Counted from the stretch's first letter, positions 1 to 13,255 are shown. The stretch: 64,000 bases of DNA from Callorhinchus milii (GCF_018977255.1 NW_024704743.1:67334001-67398000); one strand, 5' to 3'. Made by a program: numbers and translations. Notes: generated by a model not told the origin, from the sequence alone.

Positions 1-355
1 GTACTCATTCAGCTATGCCTTCTGCATCCACAAAAAGTCTTCCTTTTTGGTCCCTAATCGGCCCAACCCTTGCATTAGACCATCCTTTTACTCTTTATAT
101 GTTTATAAAAGACTCTAGTGTTCCCTTTTATGTTACCCGCTAATCTTTTCTCATAAGCTCTCTTTGCCCCGCGTATTTACTTTTTCAGTTCTCCTCTGCA
201 TTTTCTGTATTCTGTTTGATTCTCTACTATATTTTGAACCTGACATTTATCATAAGCCTCCTTTTTCTGTTTAATTTTAGTCCCAATTTCCTACTCATAC
301 AGCGGGCTCTAGCTTTGACTATCCTACCTTTTCCCCTCATGGGAATGTATTTAGT
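1..355 (-). mobile_element. CR1 LINE ORF2 fragment (EN-RT linker), decayed
   Basis: Minus strand encodes RVFYKHIKSKR...VGPIRDQKGRLFVDAEGIAE, typical of the CR1 linker; contains stops. Confidence 0.8.
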
Positions 356-364
356 CTATCCTTA

Positions 365-730
365 AGTCCTGTAGCTCAGTGGTGAGAGCACTCGCCTCGC
401 AAGCGAGAGACCTGGGTTTGATTCCCGGCAGGGCGATACGTTGGGCAAGTTTTTCTTACTCCATACACCTCTAGCAGTAAGTAGGAACCCAGTTGTTAGT
501 TGATTGGCTGATTGCTTTTCCGGGGGCAATAATTCCTTCAAAAAAAAATAATAACATAATGTTCACTCAATCCATGACTGTTTGTGGGACATTGCAGTGT
601 GCTCTTCGCTGCCGCGTTTCGCCCACAAAATATAGTCAATCCACTTTACATTATATTATGTGAAGCACTTTGAGAGGTGTCAAAGACTTGATAAGGTACT
701 ATATCAAATGCAAGGATTATTATTATTATT
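365..730 (+). mobile_element. tRNA-headed SINE, long variant (family B)
   Basis: A box TAGCTCAGTGG, degenerate B box, CCTCTAGCAGTAAGTAGGAACCCAG segment, Deu-like 3' body, (TTA)n tail. Confidence 0.85.
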
Positions 731-941
731 AAGTACACCCAGAACCACATCTGAACATTTCTTCTTTAATTCTGACATTAATTTCTGATGAAAAAGCACA
801 AGAAACAAGTAATAATATAATAATCATTACATTTGAAATAGCATCTTTCATGTCGGGAGGACATCTCAAAACGCTTCACAGAATTTATTGTAAAGTGTAG
901 TGACCGTGTATTTTATTGGAGATAGATTGCCCAGTTATTGT

Positions 942-1253
942 GGAGTCCTGTAGCTCAGTGGTTAGAGCACTCGCTTTGCAAGTGAGAGACCTGAGTTCAA
1001 TTCCAGGCAGGGCGAAACCTTGGGCAAGTTTCCTTACTCCACACGCCTAATAATAATCCCTCCAAAAACAAAAACAATAATAAATTGGTCATTTTCAATC
1101 TACGACTGTTTGTGGGACATTGCTGTGCGCAATTGGCTGCCGCGTTCGCCCACAAATATACAGTCAATTCACTTTACAGTCTATTCTGTGAAGCGCTTTG
1201 GGACGTCCTCCCGACGTGAAAAGCGCTATATCAAATGCAAGGATTATTATTAT
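942..1253 (+). mobile_element. tRNA-Ala-headed SINE, young short variant (family B)
   Basis: A and B boxes; L2-like tail GCGCTTTGGGACGTCCTCCCGACGTGAAAAGCGCTATATCAAATGCAAGG(ATT)n; near-identical to copies at 19581, 32675 and 59718. Confidence 0.92.
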
Positions 1254-1430
1254 ATAGAAGCCAATTTTCACCCGCAAATTTAGTATGCTTAACAGCCTTC
1301 ACAAAAACATTGTAAAATTATAATACATGTGATACATATAGGGCTTGGAGTGTTTCGTAATGGGATTACTTAATAATGACCCTGATGTACATCACCTTGA
1401 TCCAGGGAAATCCACAACAGAAGTAAATCA

Positions 1431-2018
1431 TGAATTAAACTTCAAGCTTCCAATGGAAAAAAAGAAACAAATCGAATGAATGAAAAATGTACTTCATTCC
1501 AATTTCCAATTCAGTTCAGAGCTTTTCCCTAATGAATAAATTCATAAAATACTAAGAATTACAAATATTTGCAACTTGGAGTCAGTATTACAGAATCTCA
1601 TAAAGAAATGCCACTATTTTAGATACCCAGTATTAAAAAAAATTAACCAAAATCTATCAGAGGATGAAAAGCAAGCAAATCCTAATGAAGTGTACAGCTC
1701 CTCTCTAACCAGTTGGTTCCCAGCTCTAGTCAGAACTACAGAAAATAATAGCTTCATTCTCGGGGTGCACGTGATCCATGGAATCGTCAGGTGACAGAGA
1801 CTTTTCATATCCTAATTACCCAAAGTAACTGGAGCGCAGACCCCAGGTGACAATTTGCATTTTTCTGCAACCTTTCGCAGAATTAAACTTCAAGCTCCCA
1901 ATGGAAAAAAAAGGAACAAATCGAATGAATACAAATTGACTTCATTGCAATTTCCAATTCAGTTCGGAGCTTTTCCTTGATGAATAAATTCATAAAATAC
2001 TAAGAATTACAAATATTT
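1431..2018 (+). repeat. Local direct duplication: ~140 bp at 1431-1570 and ~1880-2018
   Basis: GAATTAAACTTCAAGCT...TGAATAAATTCATAAAATACTAAGAATTACAAATATTT is present twice with a few substitutions. Confidence 0.9.
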
Positions 2019-4211
2019 TTCTCTGTGGATTAGGTTTATCTGGGTTGAGCTTAACATATGGAAAATAACCTTTATAATTTGAAGCATGTGGGCTTGGTGC
2101 TGCTTTTTGAAGTTATGATTTGGCACTGAAAAAAAGAATGATGAAATCTTCTGAAATGTCCTTGGATTCAATAATATCATAAATTGATTTATTTATGTTC
2201 ATTTTGAATCAATTACACACAAAATGTGTACCCAAGGTATTACCCAAAGAGTTAGCTCGTAATATACTCTTCTTGCAAGGGACATGAAAAAATTAGATAT
2301 CGATTCACTTTAATTCTTACGTTTATCTTCGACTTGACTAGAAATTACATATATTTATGAAATCCTATAAAAATCACTTAATCTCTGCAAAACTAATTGA
2401 ATGTTAACGCCATAATTTGATTATCTCGCTGAAAGTGAATCAGGTATTTTTTGTACAGAACAAAATGATTTACAAGTCTTACCTACAAAACTTAACATGC
2501 TTTCCATCATCTTTTCCCACCCCATCCTTTTCAGCTCTCTCCTCACCTCCCCAAGCGTGGGTGTCCAGCAAATGTTGAGGTGGTTGTTCGTTTATCAGGC
2601 CACCACGGAGAGCATGTGCTCAAGGTAACAGAATGGGAGAGAGATCTCCTATTCAGATACCTTCAGTGCTAGATGGGCTGTTAAAACCATTGTATAGTGT
2701 TTCTAGGGAATAGAGAAAGTGATCAAAATGTTGGGATAAACCACATGGCTAACAATGTATGTCCAGAGAAGCTATTTTAAAATTGTACCTGACAATTTTA
2801 AAATTGTGAGGGCACAGAAAACTGGAAAACAAAGTTCAATATATTTTGCCCACAAAATATAGTCAGTTCACTTTGCAGTACATTCTGTGAAGCACTTTGA
2901 AACGTCTCGAAGACGTGATAAGGCTCTATATCAATTGCAAGGATTATTATTATTATATTTTTAAGTTCTTTAGCACACGATCAATCAATGCAACAGTCTC
3001 AATTTACACAGTGAAATAATAATAACAAACAATCCAACACTCCATATATTTTCTTGCAGAATTAACATACTAAATGTTCTGCATTAAACTATTGTTTTAC
3101 TTAATCATTTCCTATTTAACAGTTTGTTAACAAATTCCATTGTTTTATTCAATCTGTTCTATTTAACAGCTGGTTGTATATTCAGCACTTGTTACTAAAA
3201 TCACGCTGTGCTCTGCAACACTTCATTGAACTGTTAAGCACTTAAAAACTAAACAAGTTAGCAGTAAATACACTTGTGGCAAAATGTTGCTAATTATAAT
3301 TATTATTGTTTCAAAAGCTGACATTTTCAACTCTTTGAAGTGTTTGTTATTGGTTTCAGTGAATAGCCAGGAAAGATCACCATAGCACCTTCACTGTCTG
3401 TTGTAGTATAAACCTTTTAAATTAGTAAAATCAAAATCTTAGTCTTAGCCCAATATAAAAGTAATAACTTTCACACAGGCTCAAAGGCCTTTTATATTCT
3501 TAGTGTGTCACTGCTTATTAAATTGCTTATTAAATTTATAAACCGAGCAAGCTGTTTGCAAGCCACTTTCTGTAATAACCCATTCCTTTTAGGCTGTATG
3601 AAATGGATCTTTAAGCACACTGGGTACAGGGAACAAATTGCACAGAAATAAAGGGCTTGGATTTAGTTCATATTCACAAAGGATTTTGCTGAATGCTTTC
3701 TTGAAATTATAATTAGTTTAATGTTTCGATGCTGTTGTTTTCAATCTGCTGCTTTTGCGGTAGAGGAATTTATCTCTCTCGTGGCAAAAAGGACAATGTG
3801 AGGTGAAAGATAATGGGAAAGCAAAATGTCTTGCATCTGATGGAGCATAATCTTGGGATATAAAATGATTCAATTAAAAGTGCAAACAAGGCTGTTGGCC
3901 TTGGTGTGTGGATTATCGCACATGCTAAAAAACAATGTCTGACTTCTTGGTCATCAGAATACTTGTCAGTTAGTGCTTTCAATGGGATTTAGCTGGTTAG
4001 ACTCCAGCAGTACCCCAACTTACACTGTGCGGTCCCCAAGACTTAGCTCTTGCCAACCTGTGCCTACTACTCTCCAGACTTAGATAAGCAATAACAACTT
4101 GCATTTGTATGGTGCCTTCATTCTGGACGGCATCTTGAACACACAAAGCATCCCTCCAGGGATGAGTTCAAATTCCATTCCAATACATAGGACTTTCCAT
4201 GTGGGATGCAG

Positions 4212-4290
4212 GGAACTCCAGTTTGGATTGGATATTCTAAAGCATGGTGATGGGTTTTGCAATGTGTTGGACACCCGGCTGACCAAAAAA
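4212..4290 (+). repeat. Unnamed ~75-bp dispersed repeat; other copies at 4963-5029(+), 16465-16540(+), 21312-21375(-), 34238-34316(-), 56540-56590(+)
   Basis: Shared core TTGGATACTCTnAAgCATGGTGATGGGTTTcC...TCAGACACCtGGCTGACCAAAA. Confidence 0.7.
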
Positions 4291-5289
4291 AAAAGTGCAG
4301 AATGAGGGATTTGATAAACAGTGCCCCGATGACCTGAGAGTTAGTTCTTTTTATAGTGTGGGAAGCTAGCCAGCTTTCTAAGAGCATTCATAGTGCACTG
4401 ACTGACTTACAGCCGCTCTTGTTTACACATCCTTATAAGTCAGGATAGAATTTTACTGTCCCCCAAATTACTGCTTTAGAACAGGGTTATACTATAGCTG
4501 CTCACCGATCAGTTAGTTTTACTTCCAACTGATTCACACTTTCAGACTTGTGATAAGCTCATTTAATACATACAACACATTTGCTCTCTCTGCACATCCT
4601 TAAAAAAACAGGGATATAATAATTGATTGTTCTCCCAATGATCAGTCATGAGACAGTAACTTTAGTGACCAGAGTTCATTAAATACTGTGTTCAGTATTT
4701 CAAGGGCTGAGTGTTTTGTGGTTTTCAAATTACAAATGCTTTCTGTTGTGACACATTCGCAAAAAGGATTATTAGAAATGAGAATTTAATAAACTGTTCA
4801 AGACATTTTATTCTCTGTTCTCTGAACCAAGACCTATGCTTCCACTTTTTCACTCAACCTCCCTTCTTCCTCACTCTCCATTGTATATTTTGTTATTTTC
4901 ACTGTTATGTTTGTTTCTATTTAGTGAAGGGAAATTTCCACATGTAAATGGCATACACATGTGGAACTCGATCTGATTTGGATACTCTTATGAATGGTGA
5001 TGGTTCTCCATTTCTCAGATACCAAAAAATCTAGTCTAACTTGCTCTGTACAGTCTTTGTACAATTCCTTCTCTCTGAAAACACAATAGGCTTTTCTGAA
5101 AACAACATTCCCTTAAATAGCATCTTCCACATTGCATGAATGTCTCAAATTTTTTCTGCTTTCTTCTTCCATCATTCATATCAGACCTCAGAGTGACATC
5201 CAAAAAGGAATATCTGAAGACCGATTTCAGAGGATACTTATTAAGTCAATAAAAAAGCCAATAAAAATAAATTGTTCTATTAAATATAT

Positions 5290-5610
5290 CAGCTTTCATA
5301 TTTGTGGAATGTATCAAATGGTACACAAGATATACTGTAAAGTGTAGTTGCTGTGTTTTCTGTAGGCAAAAGTGGCAGCCAATTTGTGCACAGCAATGTC
5401 CAACAAACAGCAAAGAAGTGAATGATCAATTTTATTTGGGGATTGTTGGCCAGGACACCTGGAGAAACTTCCTTTTCTTTTTAAATTGTGCCGTGGGATC
5501 TTTAACATCCACCTGAACAAGCAAACCTCAGTTTAATATCTCAACAGAAGGACATTATCTCCAACAATGCAGCACTGTATTGGAGTGTCAGCCTACTCTG
5601 TGAGTTCATA
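5290..5610 (-). mobile_element. Deu-domain SINE (family A), decayed
   Basis: Reverse complement contains CAGGTGGATGTTAAAGATCCCACGGCAC and TGTTGGACATTGCTGTGCACAAATTGGCTGCC. Confidence 0.75.
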
Positions 5611-6110
5611 GTCGTAAGATTAACCTGGATGAAGAAAACTCTTTGGCCCATCTAATCTTATCCCTCCGGGACACCCACCTTACTGCCCTGTCACCGCATC
5701 AAGCTGCTTTTCAAATGAGTCTAGCCCTTACCACCTTTCCTGGCCACTTGTTGCAGTTGTTGATTATCTTCTGAGTAAAGAAAAACTTCTTGGTATCTGT
5801 CCAGAAATTGCCCTTTGCAGCCCTAAACACCAACAACTTTCATTTGTACAGTGCCCCTAATGCAGGGTGGGATCTCAGAGTGCTTGCTATGTTTTAAGCC
5901 TATGTCCTCTTGTTCTACTGTTAGAATACATTATAAAGTGTTGATCTGGGTTTACTTTTAAATTTAAAATGTTGTACACCTCTATGAGGTCCCCTCTGGG
6001 TCATCTACTCTGAAGACTGAAGAACCCTAACGTGTTTAGTCCCATTCCTCTAACATTGGGGATCATCTTCATTGCTCTTCTCTGGGGCCTGGATACTGCC
6101 TCATGTCATG
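5610..6110 (-). mobile_element. CR1 LINE 3' fragment, decayed
   Basis: Resembles the CR1 ORF2 C-terminus (LEKRRLRGDL-like, FFTQ.IIN.W) and 3'UTR. Confidence 0.6.
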
Positions 6111-6354
6111 TCAAAACTCTAAGCAGTCTTCTGTACTGTAAATATCCATGGTCAAAACATTTCTATGATGCTTATTGCCTTTTGTGCATTTCCAACAATT
6201 TCTGATTCACTTTAGGCCCTTACAACTATTGCACTCTGGACTGGGTTCAAATTCTAAGTCCCAAAGTTGGAATGATCTAAAGAATCACCTAAGTGTTGAG
6301 CATGCATTGTTGGAGTGAAAAAATATTCAATGTGATATGATAATTATCGTCATG

Positions 6355-6718
6355 TGGAGTCCCTTAGTTTAGTGGTTAGTGTGCTCAGCTCGCAAGTAAA
6401 GGACCCGGGTTTGAGTCCCAGGCAGGGCAAAAACTTAGGCAAGTATTCTTACTCCACAAGCCTCTGCTTATCTTGCATTACTTAACTTACCAGTTGTTAG
6501 TCGATTGGTGGATCCCTTTCCAGGGTAATATTCTCTACCTCAACCCCACAAAAAATGTGTTCACTCAATTGGCTACTGTTTGTGGGACACTGCTGTGCAC
6601 AATTGGCTCACACAAAGTACACAGTTAATCCACTTGACAATATATTCTATGAAGCACTTTGAGATGTCTCAATGGCATAATAAGGCACTATATCAAATGC
6701 AAGGATTATTATTATTAT
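6355..6718 (+). mobile_element. tRNA-headed SINE, long variant (family B)
   Basis: Degenerate head, CCTCTGCTT...CCAGTTGTTAGTCGATTGG segment, (ATT)n tail. Confidence 0.8.
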
Positions 6719-8079
6719 AAATATTCTACCAACTAAGCCATGGTGACACTTAATATGAAATGGAATGCTCTTAGCAATAGGAATTTTTTAGCTTGGGTTT
6801 AAGATGTCACAAATTCTCAGAACAAACATTAATCTGGTTTGACAACTGGGTCCCAAACAGGACTGTAAATTTCAACTCAGCAAGCCAGGGGCAAGTTGCT
6901 TCACAGCTTGTGAGCTGAAATTAACATGCAAGTTCCTTCCTTTCCCTAGTCTCTTGCTGGACCTGATCCTTTGTACTTTGGCACATCCCAGCTCTGCCTC
7001 CACTTTTTGTCTAAAACAAAGGCATATTTAATTTCTTCTTATGATCAATAGCCCCATGGTAAAGTTCAAGTGGCAGGTTGCCTCTGAGTAATTAATTGAA
7101 GCTTGTTACAAAAAAGAAAAAAAATTTAGTGAACAGCAAGAAAATTTTAAACTTCTGTTCCATCAATGGCCTTGGATATTTCAGCCTCACGTCTGCATAA
7201 TCGAAAGACCCCTTCATGAAATGAGAGAGGGAAGCAAAGCCAGATTGTTACATCCATGTGGAGCATTTGCGACTGCCCAAACCTACAAGAGCTAAACATG
7301 TCCATAGAAACAAAATGTAAGTTGCTCCTGCTTCCAATAAAGTTAACCCTCAACTTAATGGACACCTAATGTATAATGCAGAGAGTACACAAAAGATTAG
7401 CCAGCAGGAGGAATCAGCATGGAACCGTGCAAGAGTGTACATCAAACAGAAATATACAAATGGCTCTGTCTTAAAACTGAATAGAATATAGCTCTTGAGG
7501 CCATTAGCTGGGCAGAAGACTAGAAAGTGCATAATTTCCTATTGAACTATGCTTGTTACTAGAAATTCCCAGATTGAAGTGACATTCTTTTCCCCTTCAT
7601 CTATTTATGACACTGTGAATAATGCATATATTTACAAGGCATCACTGGATGTCGATACACAAGTCAATGTATTTGAAAATGAGGCATTTCACCAAAGTAC
7701 AACTGATTTCTTCTGTGCTCTGTGTTGAATGCAAATACACTGACCTATTAACTTTTTCAGATTCTCTGTAAATTCTCTGACATGCTGATGTTAAAACTGC
7801 TGGTGTTCATGAGATCTTCTGACACTGACACAATGAAAGCAGTGACCCTTTTAGGAAATGCTGACAGACAGTAAGAGAGATCCATTGTTCCTAAGGACAT
7901 GTAGCGTGTAGGACATGAGTGGGCTCTCGTCAAGTTTGTCTTCTTGTGGCACTTGAACAACTCTTTCATTGATTGGTTGATGCCCTGTCATTGGATTAGT
8001 TCATTCATATTCTCTCATCATTTCAGGCGTCAGGATATTATGTATGGTAGGAATTTCTTGACTTAATGGATCAGTTTGC

Positions 8080-8982
8080 ATTCCTCAGGGCTCTGTCCTT
8101 GGTCTTTTCCTCTTCAACATGTACATACTCCCTCTTGGTGACATCATCCGCAGACATGGGGTCAACTTCCACATGTATGCGGATGACACCCAACTCTAAC
8201 CTTCTGCTTCCACCCTTGACTCCAGGACCACTGTCAGACATCAAGTCCTGGAGGAGGATCTAGAGCTAACTGTCTTCAGTTGACCATCAACAAGACTGAG
8301 GTTCTTCTGATTGGCTCACTTCAGCGCCTCCACACCTCGGGCGCTGACAGCATCAGCATCCATGGATGCACCTTGGTATCTTGTTTGACTCTCAACTGGC
8401 TTTTAACCCCACATCCATGCCATGACCCACTCAGCATTCCCCCACCTCTACAACATCACCGTCACTGCCTCTCCCCTCAGACCGTCGAAACCCTCATCTA
8501 CGCATTTATTACATCTAGGATCGACTACGCCAACTCCCTGCTTGTCGGCCTTCCCAACACTTTCCTCCACAAGCTGCAGATCATCCAGAAGTCCTCTCCC
8601 TCACCAGGCTCCATGACCCTATCACCTCCACCCTCGCCCGACTCCACTGGTTCCCCATCCCCCAGATCCCCCAATAACAACTTGCATTTATATAGCACCG
8701 CTCATGCAGGGTAGGTCCTAGAGTGCTTGAAATCCTCATCCTCGCCTTCAAATCCCTCCCTGGCCTTGTTATGTCCTACCTCTGTGACCTGCTAACCCTC
8801 CACTCAGCAGGCTGCAGCCTGCCCTATGCCCCCCACCCAGCCCGCCCCACCATCGGTGGTTGGGCCTTTAGACTCTCTGCCCCCACTCCTCCCTGCCTTC
8901 AGCCACCCTCTTACCCCATACCCTCCCTGCCTCCCATCCTTTTAACCTGAAAGGTGCTATACAAATGTAATTTGTTGTTGTT
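8080..8982 (+). mobile_element. L2 LINE 3' fragment, internally deleted
   Basis: PQGS.LG, YADDTQL and LIYAFITSRIDYANSLL motifs in shifted frames; (TTG)n tail; short antisense L2-tail insertion at ~8672-8728. Confidence 0.88.
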
Positions 8983-9109
8983 AGAAAAATACTGAAAAAA
9001 TATGTATTGACACACAACAAATTGATAAAACACCATGTAATCGAGCCACAACATTTATTTTCCAACTTATCAATGAGATTCCATTGCATCTGTAAATAAG
9101 GATGTTATT

Positions 9110-9532
9110 GTGTCTAAGATGGTAGTACTCTCACTTTTGGGTTAGAAGATGTGGGCTCACATCTGAAATTAAGATCATAGCAAAGGCTGACACTCCAATG
9201 CAGTGCTGAAGGAACTATGTATTGTTGGAAGTCCTTCAAATGAGATGTTAAACCAAGGTCTCATCTGCCTGTTCAGATGGGCATTAAAGATCCCATGGAA
9301 CAAATCGAAAAGAAAAGAGAGTTTCTTCTGGTGTCCTTGCCAACAAATCCCCCATTTACAATTGGTCACTTACTCCATGACTGTTTGTGGAACACTGCAC
9401 AACTAGCTCCATGTTTGCCCCCAAAATACACAGTCGCTCCACTTTACAATATATCCTGTGAAGCACTTTGAGACATCTCGATAATGTGTTAAGGCACTCT
9501 ATCAAATGCAAGAATTATTATTATTTATTATT
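9110..9532 (+). mobile_element. Deu-domain SINE (family A), near full length
   Basis: Degenerate head, GGCTGACACTCCAATGCAGTGCTG, Deu-like AACCAAGGTCTCATCTGCCTGTTCAGATGGGCATTAAAGATCCCATGG, L2-like tail. Confidence 0.8.
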
Positions 9533-11785
9533 AAGTTCCAACATTTAGAGGAGATCTTAACTGTCGTTCTGTCTACTTGTCCTAATGTGGACAAATAACA
9601 TCTTGGGATGCGATTTAAAAAAAGAAAAGTGCTTTTCTTGGTATCCTGGCCAACATATTGTCAGATTAATTAATCATTCAGCTAATGGTTATTTATTTTT
9701 GTACACAAAATAGCTTCTGCATTTGCCATTAAAATTTCGGAGGCAAATTTTGTATTTGCTTGTAAGTAAGAAATTGAAAATATTTGCTGCCTGATCAAAC
9801 TGTTATACCTTGCTATAGAACTATAAAGCAGCAGTTGGGGTTCTTACCTCTATTGAAAGTAGCCACCAGCCCACAGGCAGAAAGTCATCCAGCTCCAGTT
9901 TGCACTGTGAACGTGCTTTGAGAAGTAATCACGTGCTTCAAAATACATTTCATTGGACTTCAAATCAATTCCTGTTGTTGCTCTGTCAGGTTTCAAAGTG
10001 AAACAACAGCATTTCAAGTGTGATTTGAAATGCAATAACGGATCTGGATGGCATAATGTCAGGAGTTTACATTTTTAGATAAGGATATCTCATGATCCTT
10101 AGTTTAATCACATCAGAAGCAAACCTGCATTATCACATTATAATGTTATTACCTGTTGAACGATTTATTTCTCCCCTCACCCCTTAAAGGTTTAGAGGTA
10201 GAGAATGAGCCATATGGCAATGTCATTGATTTTTTGTAACATTGTAAGAGCAAAATTGTGGCTTTATTTTTCGCAGGCAGGTCTGGTCCTACAGGAGTGC
10301 CTAGATTTAGGTTTAGAAGTGCTTTGGGCTGAACACATCAAGGGATTTGATGACATAGTAAATATTTCAGACTTAGCCTTGGAGCTCCAAAATACTGCTA
10401 CACCATTGCCATTTCCTTTTTAATTCTATCTAAAACAAGAGTTATGGCTCCATATGTATTTGAGGTTGAGAAGGAAAACTGATTAGTTATGCTCGATGGG
10501 AATGAGCTTGAGTGAAAATGACGATTTGTACTGTGAAGGATGGAATTGAACTGAATTAACTTCATATCATGTGCCTCGCAATGGGATATGGAACAATTTT
10601 ACATTGTAGTTTAATATGGGGGTATATCATATCTTGTATTTATTGCCAATCAATAATTTAGTCTGTTGATAGCTTTGGCAACCACACAATTAAAACAATG
10701 ACCTTGTGTTGCTTGTTTTTTTTGAAGCAACAAAACCATACTTGATATAGTCACTATACAGAGGACAGGTCTTGTATTAAATCACTTGTTGATACCATAG
10801 GTGATTCCAGTTACTGACTTTGCACTCACCCACAAAATACAGACTAAACCACTACAGTATATCACGTGAAGCACTTTGAGATGCCTCAATGACATAATAA
10901 GATGCTATATCAAATGCAAGGATTATTATTATTGCATTGTATTTGTGTGGATCATAGACTATTGAGGCATTGTCTGTGGGAAGACAAATCTTGTTGATTT
11001 CATGCAGTATTTAGGCTATCACGCAATCTTTTAAACTCCTCTGGTAAGTTTTTGAATTGGCCTGGAAGTTCTGAGGAAGGAGTAGGCAATGCCAGTCACA
11101 ATTCGTGAACAAACCAGCTAAGCTGCAATTAATGGGCCAAGCCAACAGATAAGATGAACCTCATAGGGAAGGCACCCACAGTGAGGGACGTCAGCTCCTG
11201 GAAGGCCGTGCACTGGAGCTATAACCTCAACTGAGCTACAACCTTCTCATCACACCTTAGAGTCAGCAGCTTTGTGCTACTCCTCCTCACCTCCAGATTC
11301 CAAGCCCCGTACAGCAGGAGTGTGTTCCCTGTGCTGTCACCTCGTAGCTCTGAGGTCCGAGGCTGGGAGGTAGGAGATCAATCCCGGTACTGCTCCCTCA
11401 TGCACTCGTCACTCAGGTCAAGCGTCTAACCTTCCCAATGTTAAGGTGAGCGCAAGAAAATTATAGGCTGAGTTCTCCCTCTAAACCACGAACTAGAGGG
11501 AAACTAAAAAATCCCTAAACTTTTACAAATAAATGAGACATTTTGATTGCGAATACAAAATGGGGCCTGAAATGTGGTTTAAGCTACAAAGAATCACATA
11601 GAGTGATACAGCATAGAAGCAGACAATTCGCCTCAACTAGTCTGTGCTGGTACTTATACTTCACATGAGCCTCCGCCTCTCCTAAAGCCCTCTTTTCCCT
11701 TCTCCCTCATGTGTGCATCAAGCTTCCCATGAATTATGTTGCTGCGACCACAGCACAGGAATCTATTAATACATAACTTATTCAA

Positions 11786-12052
11786 TCCAAATATATCCAG
11801 ATATGCCGCAGGCTGCCACCCTCCCCATCACCTCTCTAACTGTTGATATCTGTGAAGCCGGTTCATGCAGGCACTCAACTTCCGACTCACTGCATTCAAC
11901 TGCTGTGCAAAGGGATCATGGTTTTATTTAAGACGAAACTCACAGCGTGCTGCTAACCGGCCGCCAAATGAATGACCAACCTTCACAGATGTCAATGCTG
12001 AGAAAAGTGTTGAGGGAAAGGGGGACTGTGGCACATATGAGTATATTGGGAA
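11786..12052. mobile_element. Degenerate MITE-like element with ~80-bp imperfect terminal inverted repeats
   Basis: Left arm CCAAATATAT..ATATGCCGCAG..TTGATATCTGTGAAG matches the reverse complement of the right arm CTTCACAGATGTCAA..CTGTGGCACATAT..TATATTGG. Confidence 0.6.
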
Positions 12053-12411
12053 TTTCTGCATTACAAATTTCTAAATTTAAACCGCATGTTAGACCCCATT
12101 GTCTTGTTAAGTAATCCTGCTGCTACAAGTACAGTGCTCTGGATATTAATTGCTACTCCTCTCATTACAGGAGGTGACCTTTGAAGTCTCTAACGTCTTC
12201 CAATTATCCTTTCTATGTTCCTCTTGTGTTTTTGTTCCTGTCTTACTTGATTATGCTTGATTGCTGTGCTACTTAATATTGTCAAGTAGTTCCTGCAGAT
12301 TGAGCAGCTATGAAGCCCACTGGAGATCAATTCGCAATCGCATATTAAATCCAGAGAATGCCTTCAGTGATAACAAGTGAACAATGTATATGGAAACTGT
12401 ATTAATCAGAA

Positions 12412-13255
12412 TAATAATCTTTACAATTGATATAGCGTCTTATCACGTTATCGAAACGTCTCAAAGGGCTTCACAGAAATTCATTCTAAAATGTAGTTTC
12501 TGCACATTTGTAGCCAGACATGGCAGCCAATTTGAGCACAGCAGTATCCCACAAACAACGATGAAATGAATAACTATTTTTATGAGACCTTGAGTAAAGG
12601 GTGGGAGTGGTGGACAATCAGGAAGGTGAATGGGGTTAAAAGTCCTGTCATGATCTCACAAACTTGTGGAACATGCTTGACATGGGGGTTGAACCAGAAC
12701 TTCTAACTCAGAGGCGAGAGCGCTACCAAGTAAGCCAAGCTGACATCTGTACTCCTTCAACATTTAGTGAACAAAAAATCAGCTAAATATAACCTGTAAA
12801 CCGACAAGTGAAATTTCTTGTTTCTCAGCTAGTCTGGTCAAATGCAAAGCATAATAATACTTGACTTTAATATAACAGTTATCACATTATTGAAATATCT
12901 CAAAATCGATATACCATAAAGTGTAGTGACTGTACAAATTGAAAGTAACTACTTCACTTACAATTTGAACATAACAAAGGCCCACATACAACAATGTAAT
13001 GAATGATCAATTTTAATTGGGGTTTTGTTTTCCAGGACACCCAGAGAAACTCCCTTCTTATTTTGAATGGTCTTTAAATGTCGCTCTGAAGATGCAAAAG
13101 GACCTCATTTAAATGTCTCCTCAGACAAAACGGCACAACAGCATTGCACTGGAGTGTCCATCTAGACTATATGTGTTCAGAGTCCTGACATTGGGCTTCA
13201 TCACACAACCTTCTGACTCAGAAGTGAGAATGCCAATGACAGACAGGCTGACACC
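12412..13255 (-). mobile_element. Two adjacent decayed Deu-domain SINEs (~12412-12745 and ~12852-13255)
   Basis: Each has a reverse-complemented tail and a head (CTTCTgACTCAGAgGcGAGAgtGCtAcc...GCTGACA). Confidence 0.7.

Noticed and set aside
944..1015. tRNA-Ala(TGC) genes at SINE heads (also ~19830, 29000, 30000, 32920, 59960)
   Set aside because: Each runs directly into a SINE body and L2 tail with no poly-T terminator; these are retroposon heads.
1020..1283. Recurrent ORFs of the MGKFPYS...DCLWDIAVRNWLPR type (also 19577, 28756, 59757)
   Set aside because: Incidental translation of SINE copies, not a protein family.
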